A DNA stretch of 64,000 bases, from assembly GCA_951406725.2 (NCBI GenBank), contig OX597827.1, positions 75,578,001 to 75,642,000 on the forward strand. Reading direction: 5' to 3'. Positions 11,771-25,375 of the stretch are shown here, piece after piece; the first letter of the stretch is position 1; each line of letters begins with the position of its first letter. Below the pieces are notes generated by a model. The model saw only the letters and a program-made list of their open reading frames with translations, did not search any database and had not been told where the DNA came from. The position numbers and the translations under genes were made by a program. This stretch comes from Octopus vulgaris (taxonomy: Eukaryota).

Positions 11771-12684
11771 AGGGCTTTCATAACCCTGCGATAAACAACA
11801 CAACAAAACCATCGAGATAACTACTGGACGCAGTTTTTTTCCAAAAATACATACAAAACAATCTTCCTTGCTTCTAATATGTGCATAGCACGAATGTGAG
11901 ATTGAGCAGAGAGTAGAAACAATCCAGGTTTTGAAAAATTTAGCTTGTATTACCACTAGAAACAGTAATCTATACTACAATAACGAGAGAGAGACCAGGA
12001 AGTAACCTAATTTCAATGAGGCTATATTGGCTCACAACCCTCAAAATAATCCTGTTTAAATAAACAATGTGTATGGTTGACTATAGCAATGATTTAAAAA
12101 GAGTGCTGCATTAAAATGTATGTTCAGTCCCTTGTATATATATCTTTGATCTGTCATCACTGGCCCCAAATAATACTAGTGTGATACACTGTGTGTGTAT
12201 ATATAAATTTATAAAGGAATCTAAAAAAATATTTTTCAAACTTTTTTCCATTACATTCAAAAGCAAAAATATGGCTTATGAATTTCTTTCTCTTTGAAAG
12301 TCTTCTGCCCACCCCTTTGAAAAAACTTTCACCCACAAATTTCATTATAATCATATACTATGCCATTGGAAAGGTATTTATATAAAATTTCATTAAAATC
12401 TGTCCATTTTCCTAAAAGTTATGAGGGAAAAAGTCGGATCATGTGAATTTTTCAGAAAGCCCTCTCTCAACCTCCGATTCGTTGGCGCAAATGTTTGTTT
12501 CCGTATTCGTTTAATACACGTTTTTACACCTATAACACTTTTTTTTGTTTTTGTTTTGGTGGCCAAGAGTTAAAGTAAATATTAACTCAAACTAGACATA
12601 TCGTGAATTAGATATTGGCTACAAAGCTAACACTAGAAAATTTGATTTCCAATTCAATTCAATGAAATGCTGAAAATGTTCTGG
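11500..12684. repeat. Tandem segmental duplication unit B
   Basis: Near-identical to about 8245-9411. Confidence 0.9.
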
Positions 12685-12987
12685 CTCCTAGTTGACTACA
12701 CCTGTGTCAGGTCTATAAAGAATCACTTTATTTGATGTGCATTCCCCTCATAAAATGGTAGAGTGTGGTTTGAGGAAGATTTGGTTGCTATTCTTGTAAG
12801 TTGAATGACCATATAGGGGTTCTCACACTTGGATTATGTTGTTGTTTAACCCCAGGTCAGTCCTGACTGAGTAGATCTGTGATCAAATGTACTGAATAAG
12901 TGACATAGAGTAGGGTGGCAGGAACTCAATCTGAATGCCCTCATGCGACAGATCGGTAGCGTGGCCACCAGCGTTATCCATAAGAAG

Positions 12988-14050
12988 GGAATGTGCTGCG
13001 GATCTGAGCATCGGTCAAAGCACCAGTCACAGGCCAGATTACAAAATAGAAAGCTGCGATTCGTCGTCTTTTTCCATTGCACCAATCACAGCCCGTGTTA
13101 ACTTCAAATAACCCTGTATATGTTTTTTGTTGTTGTTGTTTTTTTTGCTTTGATACACTTGTTTTGTTGTTCCTAGACTACGAAATGATAATAATTATAA
13201 TAAATATATTAATGGATTTCATCCTGACGAACTGCTTATTTCTCTCTATCGTTATCTTTTGGGCACTTTCACAGACACTTACTGCTACGATAGTCCTGAT
13301 CGCTACCTCGGTCTTCTTTATGTAGCATATGGTACTTTCATTAACCCCATAATAGCAGCCCACTGCTGCATAACTTTTACTTTCCCAGAGCATATCTAGC
13401 TGTTGTACCTTCTCAGGGAGCATCCTAACCTCTTTCTGGTGCTTAGGTTCTCTGCCAGAAACTTTGGAAGGTGTAGGGCTTTTGGGCGGCATCTTAGGGC
13501 TTTCATAACCCTGCGATAAACAACACAACAAAACCATCGAGATAACTACTGGACGCAGTTTTTTTCCAAACAAACATACAAAATAATCTTCCTTGCTTCT
13601 AATATGTGCATAGCACGAATGTGAGATTGAGCAGAGAGTAGAAACAATCCAGGTTTTGAAAGATTTAGCTTGTATTACTACTAGATACAGTAATCTAAAC
13701 TACAATAACGAGAGAGAGACCAGGAAGTAACCTAATTTCAATGAGGCTATATTCGCTCACAACCCTCAAAATAAACCTGTTTAAATAAACAATGTGTATG
13801 GTTGACTATAGCAATGATTTAAAAAGAGTGCTGCATTAAAATGTATGTTCAGTCCCTTGTATATATATCTTTGATCTGTCATCACTAGCCCCAAATAATA
13901 CTAGTGCGATACACTGTGTGTGTGTATATATACATAAATTTATAAAGGAATCTAAAAAAATATTTTTCAAACTTTTTTCCATTACACTCAAAAGCAAAAA
14001 TATGGCTTATGAATTTCTTTTCTTTGAAAGTCTTCTGCTCACCCCTTTGA
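12988..14050. repeat. Tandem segmental duplication unit C (truncated by a SINE)
   Basis: Near-identical to 8031-9063; ends where a family-B SINE fragment (14050-14166) begins. Confidence 0.9.
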
Positions 14051-14172
14051 AAGGATGAAAGGCAAAGTCGACCTCGGCGGAATTTGAACTCAGAACGTAA
14101 CAGCAGATGAAATATGGCTACGCATTTCGCTCGGCATGCTAACGTTTCTGCCAGCTCGCCGCCTTTCAAATA

Positions 14173-14620
14173 AGAATATAATTGTCATTTAATGTCCACT
14201 TTTCCATATTTGCATGAGTTGAATGGTGTTTATTCAAGGCAAAAATTTCTTATAGCTAGATGTCTTCCCTGTATCTAACCCTTACCTGTTTCCAAGCAAG
14301 GTAACATCTCCTTATGGAATAGAATTGTTCTCACAGAATATTGGAAGGTAATATTTCCTTATTTTGCAGAATACTGGAAATGAGTGACGCTGCTCCCTTT
14401 GACAGTGACAATCATTTACAATTAATATATGATGTCAAGACAAGGGGACACACACACACACATATGATGGGGATCTTTTAGTTTCTGTCTATCAAATCCA
14501 TTCCAAAGGCTTTAGTCAGTCTGGGGGCCTTGTAGAAAACAAATGCCCAAGTTGCCACACACCAGGACTGAACTCCAAACCATACTGTTGGGAATCAAAC
14601 TTGTTAACACACAGCCATGC
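14173..14620 (-). mobile_element. Old composite SINE copy (family A head)
   Basis: Degenerate match to the ggctgtgtggtaag..cttcccaaccacatggtt head; inverted partner at 45730-46157. Confidence 0.6.
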
Positions 14621-17317
14621 TTTTGCCTATAATATTCTTTAAAGAAAATAAATATTTACTTATTTCCTTCTTATTCTTCTCCTCGTCATCATCATTATTC
14701 CTCTTCTTCTTATTATTATTCTGTTGATTTAGCACAGTTGTTAGCAAGCTGGGCAAAATGCTTGGCAGCATTTTGTCTGGCTTTACATTCTGAGTTCAAA
14801 TTCCACCAAAGTTGACTTTGCCTTTCATCCTTTCAAGGTCAATGAAATAAGTACCAGTGAAACACTGGGGTCGATGTAATCGACTTATCCTCTTCCCTAA
14901 AATTTCATGCCTTGTCCCTTTAGTAGAAAGCATTATTATTAGCAGGGGGTTGTGCAATAAATGTTTCTGAATTAGTCCCAAGGCCCACAATCAATTTCAT
15001 GAAGAATTATAATTCTGTACCATTAACCCCAGTACTTGACTGGTACTTTATTTTATTGAGCACCTGGATGGATGAGGGACAAAGATGAATCCAGAATGTA
15101 AAGGGTCAAGGAAAATAGACAAAGCATTTTCGTCCAACACCCTAAAGATTCTGGTAATTATTATTATTATTATTAATTTTATGACTATTTCTAAGTGCAG
15201 GGCCTTGAAAACCTTTGGGAAAGGGGCAAGTCAATTATATCAACCCCAGTGCATAACTGGTACATAATCTACGCCTTTTGAAATGTATCTGTATAAAATT
15301 TCATTCTAAAGTATATCCATTTTCTCTGCAGTAATGCAATCAGCACCTCTTCCTCTTCATCGCACTGACCTTATTCTCTCTGCTCACCAAATCCTCATCT
15401 CCTCATAGGTGCAACTTTACCTCCTGACATTTTACCTTTCAATATTCAATTGTATCACAAGTGCCTTTCAGTATCGTGTTTCTGATGGGAATGACAGACA
15501 GATTGTTATCTACTATAATAATACTCTTGTGTTTTTCTGTCATGACATATGAATGAGAAAGGAAAGGATAATACATGAATAAGGAAGGAACGGGTGATAG
15601 ACGAATAAGGAAGGAACGGGTGATAGATGAATAAGGAAAGGGTGATGGCAAAGTTGGTTGTGGGATGGTGGAAAAAAAATCAAACAGCTTTTCAACTCTG
15701 TGTGAGTATATGTGTGTGTGTGTGTGTGTAAAAAGGAGGTATGTGAATGTGTGTGTGTTGTCAATGGAAGTGGGATGGTGAACATTGAATGCTGAAAAGA
15801 AAACTCAAACAGCGTTTCAACTTGTGAGTGTATGTGTGTGCGTGTACGAGGGAAGTATGTGAACGTTTGTATTAGTGAACCAGCGTTCTTTCAGTAACAA
15901 ACGATGATCGATGTCCACGCCACAAAACACTAGATTACATTGACCAGTGTATTCATTTGAATCACCATCCATATTCTATCTGTTGTCCTTATCCATTATA
16001 ATAATGCGCTTGTTTAGCAGTCAGTCTCAGTAAGAGTAAAAAAGGGAAGAGACAAAATGGTAATAACAATGAGAGGGGGAGTGATATCAAACAGCGCCTT
16101 TCACCCTCTTTCTCTCAACAAAAGCCTTTTCACTTCATTAATGAGCTCTGCTTCTCTCTCTACAGACGCACGCACACACACTCTCTTTTTCACTTACTCT
16201 CTCTATTTTTCTCTTTCTCTCCCTCCCCCTTTCTCTCTCTTAACAACAACACTTCCATTTCCCTTCGATAAATGCTTTTTTTTCTTTCTGGTAAACATTA
16301 ATAACAATAAATAAGATTTTTGCACCTCAGAATTATTTTTCTGTGTCTCTATGCGATGTTTCACTGTTCTGGAAGACTTTTCTGCTTAAAAAGTAGCGAA
16401 GTTAATAGAATAAGAAGATAAGTAAATAAGTAGTAATTTTTAACTTACAAAATAAAAATATTGTCTTTTGAAAGAAAGTTAAATATGAAAGGAAAGTAAT
16501 AAATATTTAGAAATACTTGCCGATACAGAGATATTTATGAATGAAGAATTTTGCCAAGGCGGTGAAGTTTGTCTTCGAGATCTTGTTTCCATTTCAGGCG
16601 GTAAAAAGTGCAAAAGAGAGACAGACAGACACTGATAGAGAACGTGTGGACGTTGCTGGAGAAAAGTCCGTGTGTATACGGTTAATAGAGGCCTGTCTAC
16701 TTTTGGACTTTGAATGGTTACGGATGAAAAATATAAACAAACTAACGTACACACATATACTCATTTGTTTTGACGTTTGTGTTCCGTTGTATTAAAAATA
16801 CTCATCCATCTGTTATGTAGAATGAATCGGACAGAAGGCGACAGTTAGCCAGAGAGAGAGAGAGAGAGACAAAGGCGAAGAACAGCCAGTTTCACTCGGG
16901 AAGAACTGGACGCAAGAAGATTAAATAATTTATTAAGGTTATTAAATCAGTCACAAGAAGTGAGACAAGAGAGACGAGCGTAAGATGCCAGAAGACGTCA
17001 AACTGAAAAGTAGCACCGAATTGCACAAAGGAGAGATATCCAAAGAGAGAGAGAGAGAGAGAGAGAGCAGCACAAAGGCGGTGAGATGAAAGAGAAGAGC
17101 AAGCAGCAGCGAGAAGAGAATATCCAAGTAGGAGAGCATAGCAAAGGCGGCAAGATGAAATGGAAGAGGCAGCGGCACAAAGGAGAGAACATCGAGGAGA
17201 GGAATTAATTCATACTGAAACCAACCATCCAAAATAAGGCGATCTCATTGCTGGTAGGGTTTTCACTAGAAACGTTCTGCTGAAGCAATTACTGAGATAA
17301 AGGTTGTAATGTTTTTC

Positions 17318-17719
17318 GATCTTTTCGGTTTGAACGGTAGTTTTTCTAGGTGTCATATGAAATTCACATCCATAATTATGACCCTAGTATCAATTTATTG
17401 CCTTTCAATCTATTTTAGGGTTAGAGGATAGGGTATCTTTTTTTCTTCCCACATGTAAATAAACCCAATCTGTTTCTTAAAAAGGGGACATATTCATACG
17501 GTACAGAATGTTTTCACCTCAACAGACGTCAGTGATTGGTTGAAATTGCAGAAATTGAACAAAAAAAACAACAAATATCTTACAAACTATAGAATGTTCT
17601 CAATAAAGCCAAGAGAAAAAGATGTTTTATAAACACATTCTCCCAGGATACGAAGTTTAAAAGTGTTTAGTTTCGTGGAAATTATTTTAAAAACACTGCC
17701 GTTCAAAGCGAAAAGGTCC
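17318..17719. mobile_element. MITE, about 400 bp, with about 25-bp TIRs
   Basis: gatcttttcggtttgaacggtag ... ctgccgttcaaagcgaaaaggtcc; full inverted homolog at 28400-28792. Confidence 0.8.
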
Positions 17720-20700
17720 ATGTTTTTATTTGAATTTTGTTATCCGGAGTAGATCAGTTAGATCAGGTAAAGGCTCTCTCGTTCCCTTCTCACTTGTTGT
17801 TTAGTCCCGATTTGGATCTGATTCAACAGATATGATCAAAGACGTCCCAATTGGGACCATTCCGTCTTTCTACCCAGACATAATGGACTCTACGTGTATA
17901 TCACAGGATAGAGGTTTTTCTATTCGGTATATAAAAAATGTTTGGCTACTTTTTCTAGCAGGTCATGCAACCACATACAGGCTCCGTCGTTGGTTTGTCT
18001 CAGTAATAATTTTGTTGGTATTTAGCCTCATATCAACCCTGATACAGCAAACCTATGTTGCTAAAAGAAAAACATTTCTGGTTATTAAAGAAGGGTTTTG
18101 TTAGGGGAGTGGACCCGGAAGTTATTGTTCACTAACAGCAGCAGTAATTTTCTTCAGCTGAATACACGTCGTTGATTGGTTAAAATTACCCAAATACGAC
18201 AAATTTAAAACGAAATAACTTCTAAAATACAAAATTTTGTCAAAAACGTTAAGAGCAAACCCTGTTCTATGTGACACATTCTACCAATATCCGAAGTTTC
18301 AAAGTGTTTAGTTTTAAAAAATTATGTAAAAAAATCTGTCGGTCAGATTGAAATGATCCCTTTTTTTCAGTGACATTTTTACTACCTGGATTCACATTCA
18401 GGTACTCATCAACGCGGAACAGCCTTCATTTACCCTAACTTTCGCAGATTCTTTTTAATAGCTTTTTGATCCGCCACCGGCATGTCGCATTCATTTTTAA
18501 TACACGGTTCCTACAATAAAGTTGATTAAACGATGAAAATGATTAATCTTAATATATTAATAATTAAGTACAGCCAGCATAACTACAATCGATGGTGTTT
18601 ATGTAAAATTTCATTCAAAGACATCAATCTTCATGAAAGTTATGAGGAAAACAAAAAACGGATCGTGGGAATTTCAGGTATTGTGCATGGACGCTCATAT
18701 TGTTTCATTTTCTGTCAAACCGAAGAGATCCATGTTTTTATTTGAATTTTGTTATCCGGGGTAGATCAGTTAGATCAGGTAAAGGCTCTCTCGTTGCCCC
18801 CTCTCGTTCATTTCTCACTTGTTGTTTAGTCCCGATTTGGATCTTTTTGGTTTTTTCCCGTTAACAGGAGTCAATCTTTATATTAATCCCAATTTTTTTC
18901 TCTCATAACGTTTAGGAAAATGGTTAGCTTTCAATGAAATTTTTATATTTCCAACACTTTTAGTTGTAAAACAGAACATATGAAAAATGAACACTTTATT
19001 TTAACATTTTGCCAGACAAATTGCTATGACCAAACCAAGTTCCTTTCCGAAGTGGTATTTGGTTTTTCGCCGACTTCTTACAACTTTTCTTGTTGCACAG
19101 AAACCTATGCACTGAGTGAGATTTGGCGGCCCGCTTCACTTTCTAAATTTGGCTCAGTATAGTTTTACAAGATGGGCAACGCATTTCTTAGGCTAGATGC
19201 CCAAGTACCTGGCAATAAGTTATTATTTTAACTTTTTTATAATACCTTTTTTTAACGCAGAAAATTTCTCTGAAATTTTATCGCTAAGAAACAAAACCGG
19301 CCAGTATGGCAGTTTTATCGAAGCTCATCCCCAATCGACTCCTAGGCGTATATGCAAAAACTTTTATTAAAAAATATGTGCGAATAAGAGTTTGTGTGAG
19401 AACTGGCTGTTATTTCTAGCATGTGGATAGACTGATTGAAGGCAAATTTAATGTACAGGAAGCGGATGGGTTACGTATCCGCTATGTGCGCCCAATTTTG
19501 ATTTCGAAATGGTAAAGGGAAACGAACAACAGATTCGGGCGGTCCGCATTTTAAAACCGAAAATAAAATTTTAAGAATTCCAAAAACCTTTTCCCCATAT
19601 CACCCCCACCCCATCACAGCTCAACTTCCAAAGTTTCACTTTTTGCGTAGCAGTCAACGCACGTGCAATGACAAAAGGGGTTTCAAAACTTCTAGTTTAT
19701 GCCGTAACTGCGAGGGGAAGGGGGTAATGTTTTCATTTTTTTTTTTTTTTATTTTACAAAAAAATTTTTCAGAATCATAATCTCCGTATTTTCCCACACA
19801 TTTGGTAAAAGATAAAAGTAAATAAAATAATATTTAAACAATTCTTTAATTCTGAAAAAAAGTGACTTATTGAAAAATTGCTGGGAACTGAAATTCTGAA
19901 ATGCCGATTTGGGCCACTTTTTTTTTTTTTTCTAGATTCGTAAACTCTGTACCCGAAAACGGAGGTTTTCATTAAAAAGAATAATTAAAAATTAAATATA
20001 AAGGGGTTTTTTTTTTGGCGGATGAAAAACAAGTTGTTTCGTTTTCTTGGGAGAATCATTTGCGCTTTCCACCAAACTTTGTTAAAATCATACGTTTAAC
20101 GAAATTTTCAAGAGATACGTTATATCTTACAATGGTCTTAACAATTTTTTTAACAATAAATTTATTCGCAATCAACACTATTGAACACGTATTTCTAGAA
20201 AATGCCATTAAAGATGTGCGTTTTAAGAAAGGTATAGGGAAAATCAAAATCGATAGGGCGCCTTCTGTAGCTATCCAGCACAGTTAAATCCATCATATAT
20301 ACATGTCTGTATTCTAAAGGAAATTCATTGCTGAAAGGTTGGTTTTAATGTTGCAGAACCACCTTATCATTAATATCCATCACGTAACACGCCTTTCTAT
20401 CTTTATCATACACTACAAACACACAAAGTAAACCTTCATTCATTTTGGTTGAAAATTCAGATTCATCCAACTACATCCTTACCATTTCAGCAAGTTTATT
20501 ATCAACAATACAGAATAATAGCATAACTTCGGTATAAATACCGGATACATTTCAAGAAAGTGTTTTTTTTTTTTAGAGTTTGTGTTAGGGTTAGTGGTGG
20601 GAGAAAAGGGTTTCTCTTATCTTCAGAAATCTAAACAAAGTCACGTGTGTACCTATACCGAAGGATCGCCCAGAATAAGTTCCAAAATGTTACATCATTG

Positions 20701-21227
20701 CGTTGAAGTTCGTTGTTTCCTTAGAGAGTTACCTCCAAATAAGACAGTCTTCATTTCTATTAAATTTAGGGTTATAAAATATATATCTTATATGTATAGA
20801 ATTAAATGAAATTATAGCGGTTGATACTAAAGCAAAATAATATATATTTTTATCATAGAAAAATTTTATGTAAATATCAAAAAGTGAAGGGTTTTAGTCG
20901 ACAATAAAAATAATGAAGGAAAGAGTCGCATACTTCCGCGTTTGACATGATGTTACTTTAAGACGGCAACTTTCCAAAGTGAAAGTCGAAAGTAATCTGT
21001 CCGTTGAAAAGGATTCAATAATTGGAATATAATGTCAGTTAATAATGCATTATTTCGCTTTTCGCATGTCGATGTTTAATATCAGTCCACAACGTAAGAA
21101 TTATGCCGTTTAGTGTAGGATAATTTCATTTTTGAAGTGTCGATTCTTTATGTCTATATCAAAAAGTGTATCGGTGAAACTGTATTTTTTTTTATATATT
21201 AACATACAACATTGTCAAAACTGCGCG

Positions 21228-21923
21228 TTATTCTTCCATCTCTTCTTTTAAAAAATCCTCAATAGATTTACAGACATCATTCATGTCTATATTGCAATGA
21301 TCAGAAAAGCGATTGATGGCTTTTATAAGTTTTGTTAATGCACCACGCCCATGGGCTTGTTTTTTTCTCCAGGAATTAAATGCCTCAAACTTCTGGTTAC
21401 GTGTGCAGTATGGGTTGTCTTGCCTAACATTATCAATTTTTATGCTCTCAATACCTAATTCAGCAGCAACAGATTCCCATCCAGAGCCCATATGCTTCAA
21501 AATACGATTTAACAGTTTCTCAGACAAATCTATATGTTTAACATGTTCAAGGATATTATTTATGTTAAGTTCGTCATTCGGCACACTTTCGTCATTCGGC
21601 ACACTGTCATCAGCATTTTCCACGGTTGATGCTAAACTCGGGTTATGTTCTCTTAGACATTTCACAAATCCATCGAATATTTTTGACTTATTCTGTTTAT
21701 CCTGGCTTTCCACTTTGCGGTGAATAACGTCTAGTAATTTCCGAGCTTTTTCTTGTTCAGTATCTTCTGCTTGAATTACATTCTTTTCCTCGTCATTGAT
21801 AAACGATTGAGATAAAAGACGATCAACCATGTTATTTATTGTCACATCATCAAGCCCATGCACAAGATCATTACGACATCGTTTAATTTTAATTGAGTTC
21901 CCGAGCTGCTGTTTGTTAGCCAT
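21228..21923 (-). CDS. CARD + death domain adaptor protein A (231 aa, RAIDD/CRADD-like architecture), intronless
   Basis: Residues about 8-102 form the CARD (IKRCRNDLVHGL..VDRLLSQSFINDEE..TEQEKARKLLDVI..FDGFVKCLRE.NPSLA), followed by an acidic linker. Residues about 130-222 form the DD (LSEKLLNRILKHMGSGWESVAAELGI..NQKFEAFNSWRK..LTKLIKAI). Confidence 0.85.
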   Translation of the reverse strand: MANKQQLGNSIKIKRCRNDLVHGLDDVTINNMVDRLLSQSFINDEEKNVIQAEDTEQEKARKLLDVIHRKVESQDKQNKSKIFDGFVKCLREHNPSLASTVENADDSVPNDESVPNDELNINNILEHVKHIDLSEKLLNRILKHMGSGWESVAAELGIESIKIDNVRQDNPYCTRNQKFEAFNSWRKKQAHGRGALTKLIKAINRFSDHCNIDMNDVCKSIEDFLKEEMEE

Positions 21924-22269
21924 CGTGCTCTGAGTATGATTAGACAGTCAGTTTTCTACGTGGATACACTAAAAAAATTTGCCGTTCAACTTCTTTATGC
22001 AGCGACGTCTGCGCATGCACACTGAATGTGTTGACGCTCAAAACTGCTGTAATGTGGGTCAATTTCGCGTATAAATTTCATTTCCATATCATACAACTTG
22101 TGCTCAGCTCGGTGTTATAACGCAAGAACTGTCGTTAAGCCCAAAGTATAAACGTGTATTAAAGTTAATTCAAATAAACATAATTATGTCCATGCATTCC
22201 GACTTTCAGTTTAATCGATTTTAGAGAAGCTAAAACTTTTAGTTTCTGAGTGAATTTCTAAATTACATA

Positions 22270-22655
22270 GGTGCAGGAGTGGTTGTGTGGTAAAAAGCCT
22301 GCTTCCCAACCACATGGTTCTGGGTTCAGTCCCACAGTGTGGCACCTTGGGCAAGTGTCTTCTACTTTAGCCTTGGGCTTATCAAAGCCTTGTGAGGGGA
22401 TTTGGTAGACGGAAACTGAAAGAAGCCCGTCGTATATGTATGAGTTTGTTGTTTGTGTGTGTTTGTCCTCCCACCACCGCTCGATAACCGATGCTGGTGT
22501 GTTAACGTCCCCGTAACTTAGCGGTTCAGCAAAAAGTGACTAATAGAATAAGTACTAGGCTTACAAAGAATAAGTCCTGGGTCGATTTATTCGACTAAAG
22601 GTGGTGCTCCAGCATGATCGCAGTCAAATGACTGAAACAAGTAGAAGAGTAAGAG
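22270..22655 (+). mobile_element. tRNA-derived SINE, family A (ggtgcaggagtggttgtgtggt head, agagta tail)
   Basis: Full-length match to 46233-46592 (-) and 63712-64000 (+); absent from the paralogous block at 52136. Confidence 0.85.
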
Positions 22656-23156
22656 AGTACAAATTAAATGACCCTTTTCTTCTCTTTAAAAACGATTTTT
22701 TTTCAAACTTTTGTGTTCCTAAATAAATATTATTAAAATATAATTAACTTTTATTAAATCTATAAAATAGATAACGTATCAATTCACTGTAACATTCAGT
22801 TATATGCAATTATATAACATAACTGTCTTTAATATATGCGCACTATCTGAAAACTGTGGCGGGAGGAATCGCTTATACGGAACCACGTATTTGACTGATA
22901 TTTTATTTCATCGCCTCTGGAGAGATGAAACGTAAGGTTTATATTGACGAGATTCAACACAGACCAAAGAGAGTCGGATGAAATACTGCATAACATATCC
23001 GACGCTCTAACGCTGGCGCTGATCCAACATTCTGATTTATAGACACAAAGCACTGACACACACTGGAAAGAGTACATCCCTTTTGTTCAATATGAACAAA
23101 TTGATATTTTCTAATCGTTTTCTAGTTGCAACGCAACAAAAACCCCACACTTAACT

Positions 23157-24335
23157 AGGGTTGCCAGATTAGAAATATGGAACATTTTTAAATAGCTCTC
23201 TATATATAAATTTATGCATGCCGACACACCCAGAACAATATATTATATAAAAGTAGAGACAAGGGTTAAAAACATAAAGCAATTATTTTAATGGGTTATG
23301 AGAAAAACAAAAGTAAAATCATTTCAAAATCATTTAATACAAGCTTTAAAAAAATTCTGTAAAGTGAAATAATTTGAAAATATTTCTTTAATACAGAAAT
23401 AAAGAAATAGGCAAAAAAATTCTGTTAGATCGAAATCATTGTAATTTTTTTTATTCAATGACAAATAGAGACAATATGAATAAAAAATCTTTTTGTATGA
23501 AAGCATTTGAATATTATTATTTAATACCGGCAATAAAGATATCTAAGAGAAATACTGAGAAAGTGAAATCATTGCAAAATTCTTATTCAATAGAGACAAT
23601 AGAAAAATGCAAAGGAAAGAAATTAGAAAATTATTATTTAATCCAAACACAGAAAGAGACGAAAAAGTTGTGTTTCATATGGAGAACGTGCAAAGAAACA
23701 AAACTGATAAACTTACATGCAAAATTTTCTCAACAGACCGCATGAGAATTAAACTTGAACCTTTACCTTCAGTTATATTTCACTTTTGTTAACAGGTCCT
23801 TGTTTTCTAACACATGCCTATAAAATGCTTTATACTGACCGTTAAGGTTCCATGTGCATTGTAAGATAGCTTCTACAGTAGCCACACCCAACGTATTTCG
23901 TTCATCAGTCCACTGAACATTCATCCTCGAAAAGACACGCTCATCATTAGCATTTTGTGCTGGTGTGCTAATTAAGAACGGGCACAAAATTAACAACTCG
24001 GAGTATTGTTCTTGAAATTCAATTTGCTGAAGGATAGAGAACAATCTTTCTTTCAGTTTGGTCTCCCATTCATCAGGTTTCATCTGCATCTCTTTGGCAA
24101 GGAATTTTTTAAAATGTTCTGCGTCTTCTTTACGTCTGCCTAGGTTTTGATTATATATTTTTAAAAAAAACGGAAGTGGGGTGTGGTGATGGTCCACCTT
24201 GTCCAACGAAATTTCATTAAACCAGATATGTAACGTGGAAAAATATGGGGATTTTTGCAACAATTTCTACAGTTAAGCCAAATGAACATAGAAAGTGCAC
24301 TTAACATACTTGCTTTAACGAAATTTCCACATTTC
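23157..24335 (-). mobile_element. hAT transposon 3' part (dimerisation domain)
   Basis: ISTPAQNANDERVFSRMNVQWTDERNTLGVATVEAILQ is a hAT C-terminal motif; terminus TAGGGTTGCCA at 23157. Confidence 0.8.
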
Positions 24336-24605
24336 AGTATACGTGTAAAATTGGCGTGTGGGGATAAAAAATTTGAAATTTTCCGGGTTTTTTGGGGTTT
24401 TTTTTTTTTTGCATATTCGTAATCTCTGTCAAGTAAAACCTAAGAATCCCAAAAACCTTTTTCAAAGAAAATGCATTTTTTTTTTCATATTCAGAATCTC
24501 CATCAACGAAAATATAGGAATCCGGTGAAAACAAAAACCGGAAAGGTCGGTTCCGGAGGTTGGGGTGACTGTGCACTGGATCCGCCACTTTGTAATGAAG
24601 TTAGA

Positions 24606-25030
24606 GAATATAACTCTGCTGAAACAGAGATAATTATTTTCAAAAAAGTTGTTCCTCTTTGTATATAAGTACCGACGTAATTGGACATTTTTTTCCCCTC
24701 ATTCCCAAACAATGTTATTCTCAGATCTGAAAGTGATCTCCCTTGAACCGATATATACCGCGCGCGTGTGTGCGTGCGTGTATGCATCTTCTACAAAAAC
24801 ACTTCCTCGATCTGCGAACAAGCAAGACTTACGCTGCCTTGCGGCAATGCAACCAATGCCTGTTCCTCCTCCAAATCCTGTCCGCTCACCAAATCCTTCT
24901 CTCCTCACAAGTGCAACATTCCCTCCTCACGTTTCGACTTTCAATATCGAATTGCAACATTGCAAGTCGCACCACGAGTGCCTTTCACTATAATGTTTCT
25001 ATTGGGAATGACGGACAGATTGTCATCTTA
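24606..25030. repeat. Dispersed non-coding repeat (taactctgctgaaacagag / gtgatctcccttga family)
   Basis: Homologous to 46643-47060 and partly to 15330-15510; a weak inverted copy lies at about 52550-52805. Confidence 0.65.
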
Positions 25031-25375
25031 TGAAATAAAACGCTTGGTTTCGGTCATGCTGTAGGCAGAGAATAGTAAAACAACAGACGAAGTGGCAGTG
25101 GATGGCAATGAAAGACATGATGTTACTTTAAGCTAGAAAGTTTCTCTTTTTCCATCTTTTCTCCCGATTTGAGATTTCTATTTTTAATGTGGTTTTATAT
25201 TATATATGTATCATATATACAGACGCATTATATTCTAATAAATGTGTGTGTATGTGTGTGACTATATATATACAAACGCATTATATTCCAATAAATGTCT
25301 GTGTGTGTATATATATATATATATACGAACGCATTATATTCCAATAAATGTCTGTGTGTATGCACATATATATAT

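Larger units (their letters stand above)
20015..23155. repeat. Segmental duplication carrying CARD-DD gene A (paralogous to 49480-52272)
   Basis: Collinear high identity: 20015-20760 vs 49480-50040; 20870-22203 vs 50820-52136; 22845-22923 and 23105-23150 vs 52141-52270. Confidence 0.9.

Noticed and set aside
8199-13573. Three similar 131-166 aa ORFs as a gene family
   Set aside because: Duplicated Tigger transposase N-terminal fragments.
16501-16635. Kinase-like snippet EIFMNEEFCQGGEV
   Set aside because: Short, followed by stops, no other kinase subdomains or clear splice sites; likely chance.
20015-20287. 90-aa ORF conserved at 49480-49752
   Set aside because: Conservation equals that of the surrounding duplicated DNA; no ATG in this copy, no recognisable domain, and not maintained in the third copy near 5600-5790.
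21313-21723. Antisense ORFs over the CARD-DD genes (also 51264-51656, 52919-53455)
   Set aside because: Shadow frames of real CDSs.
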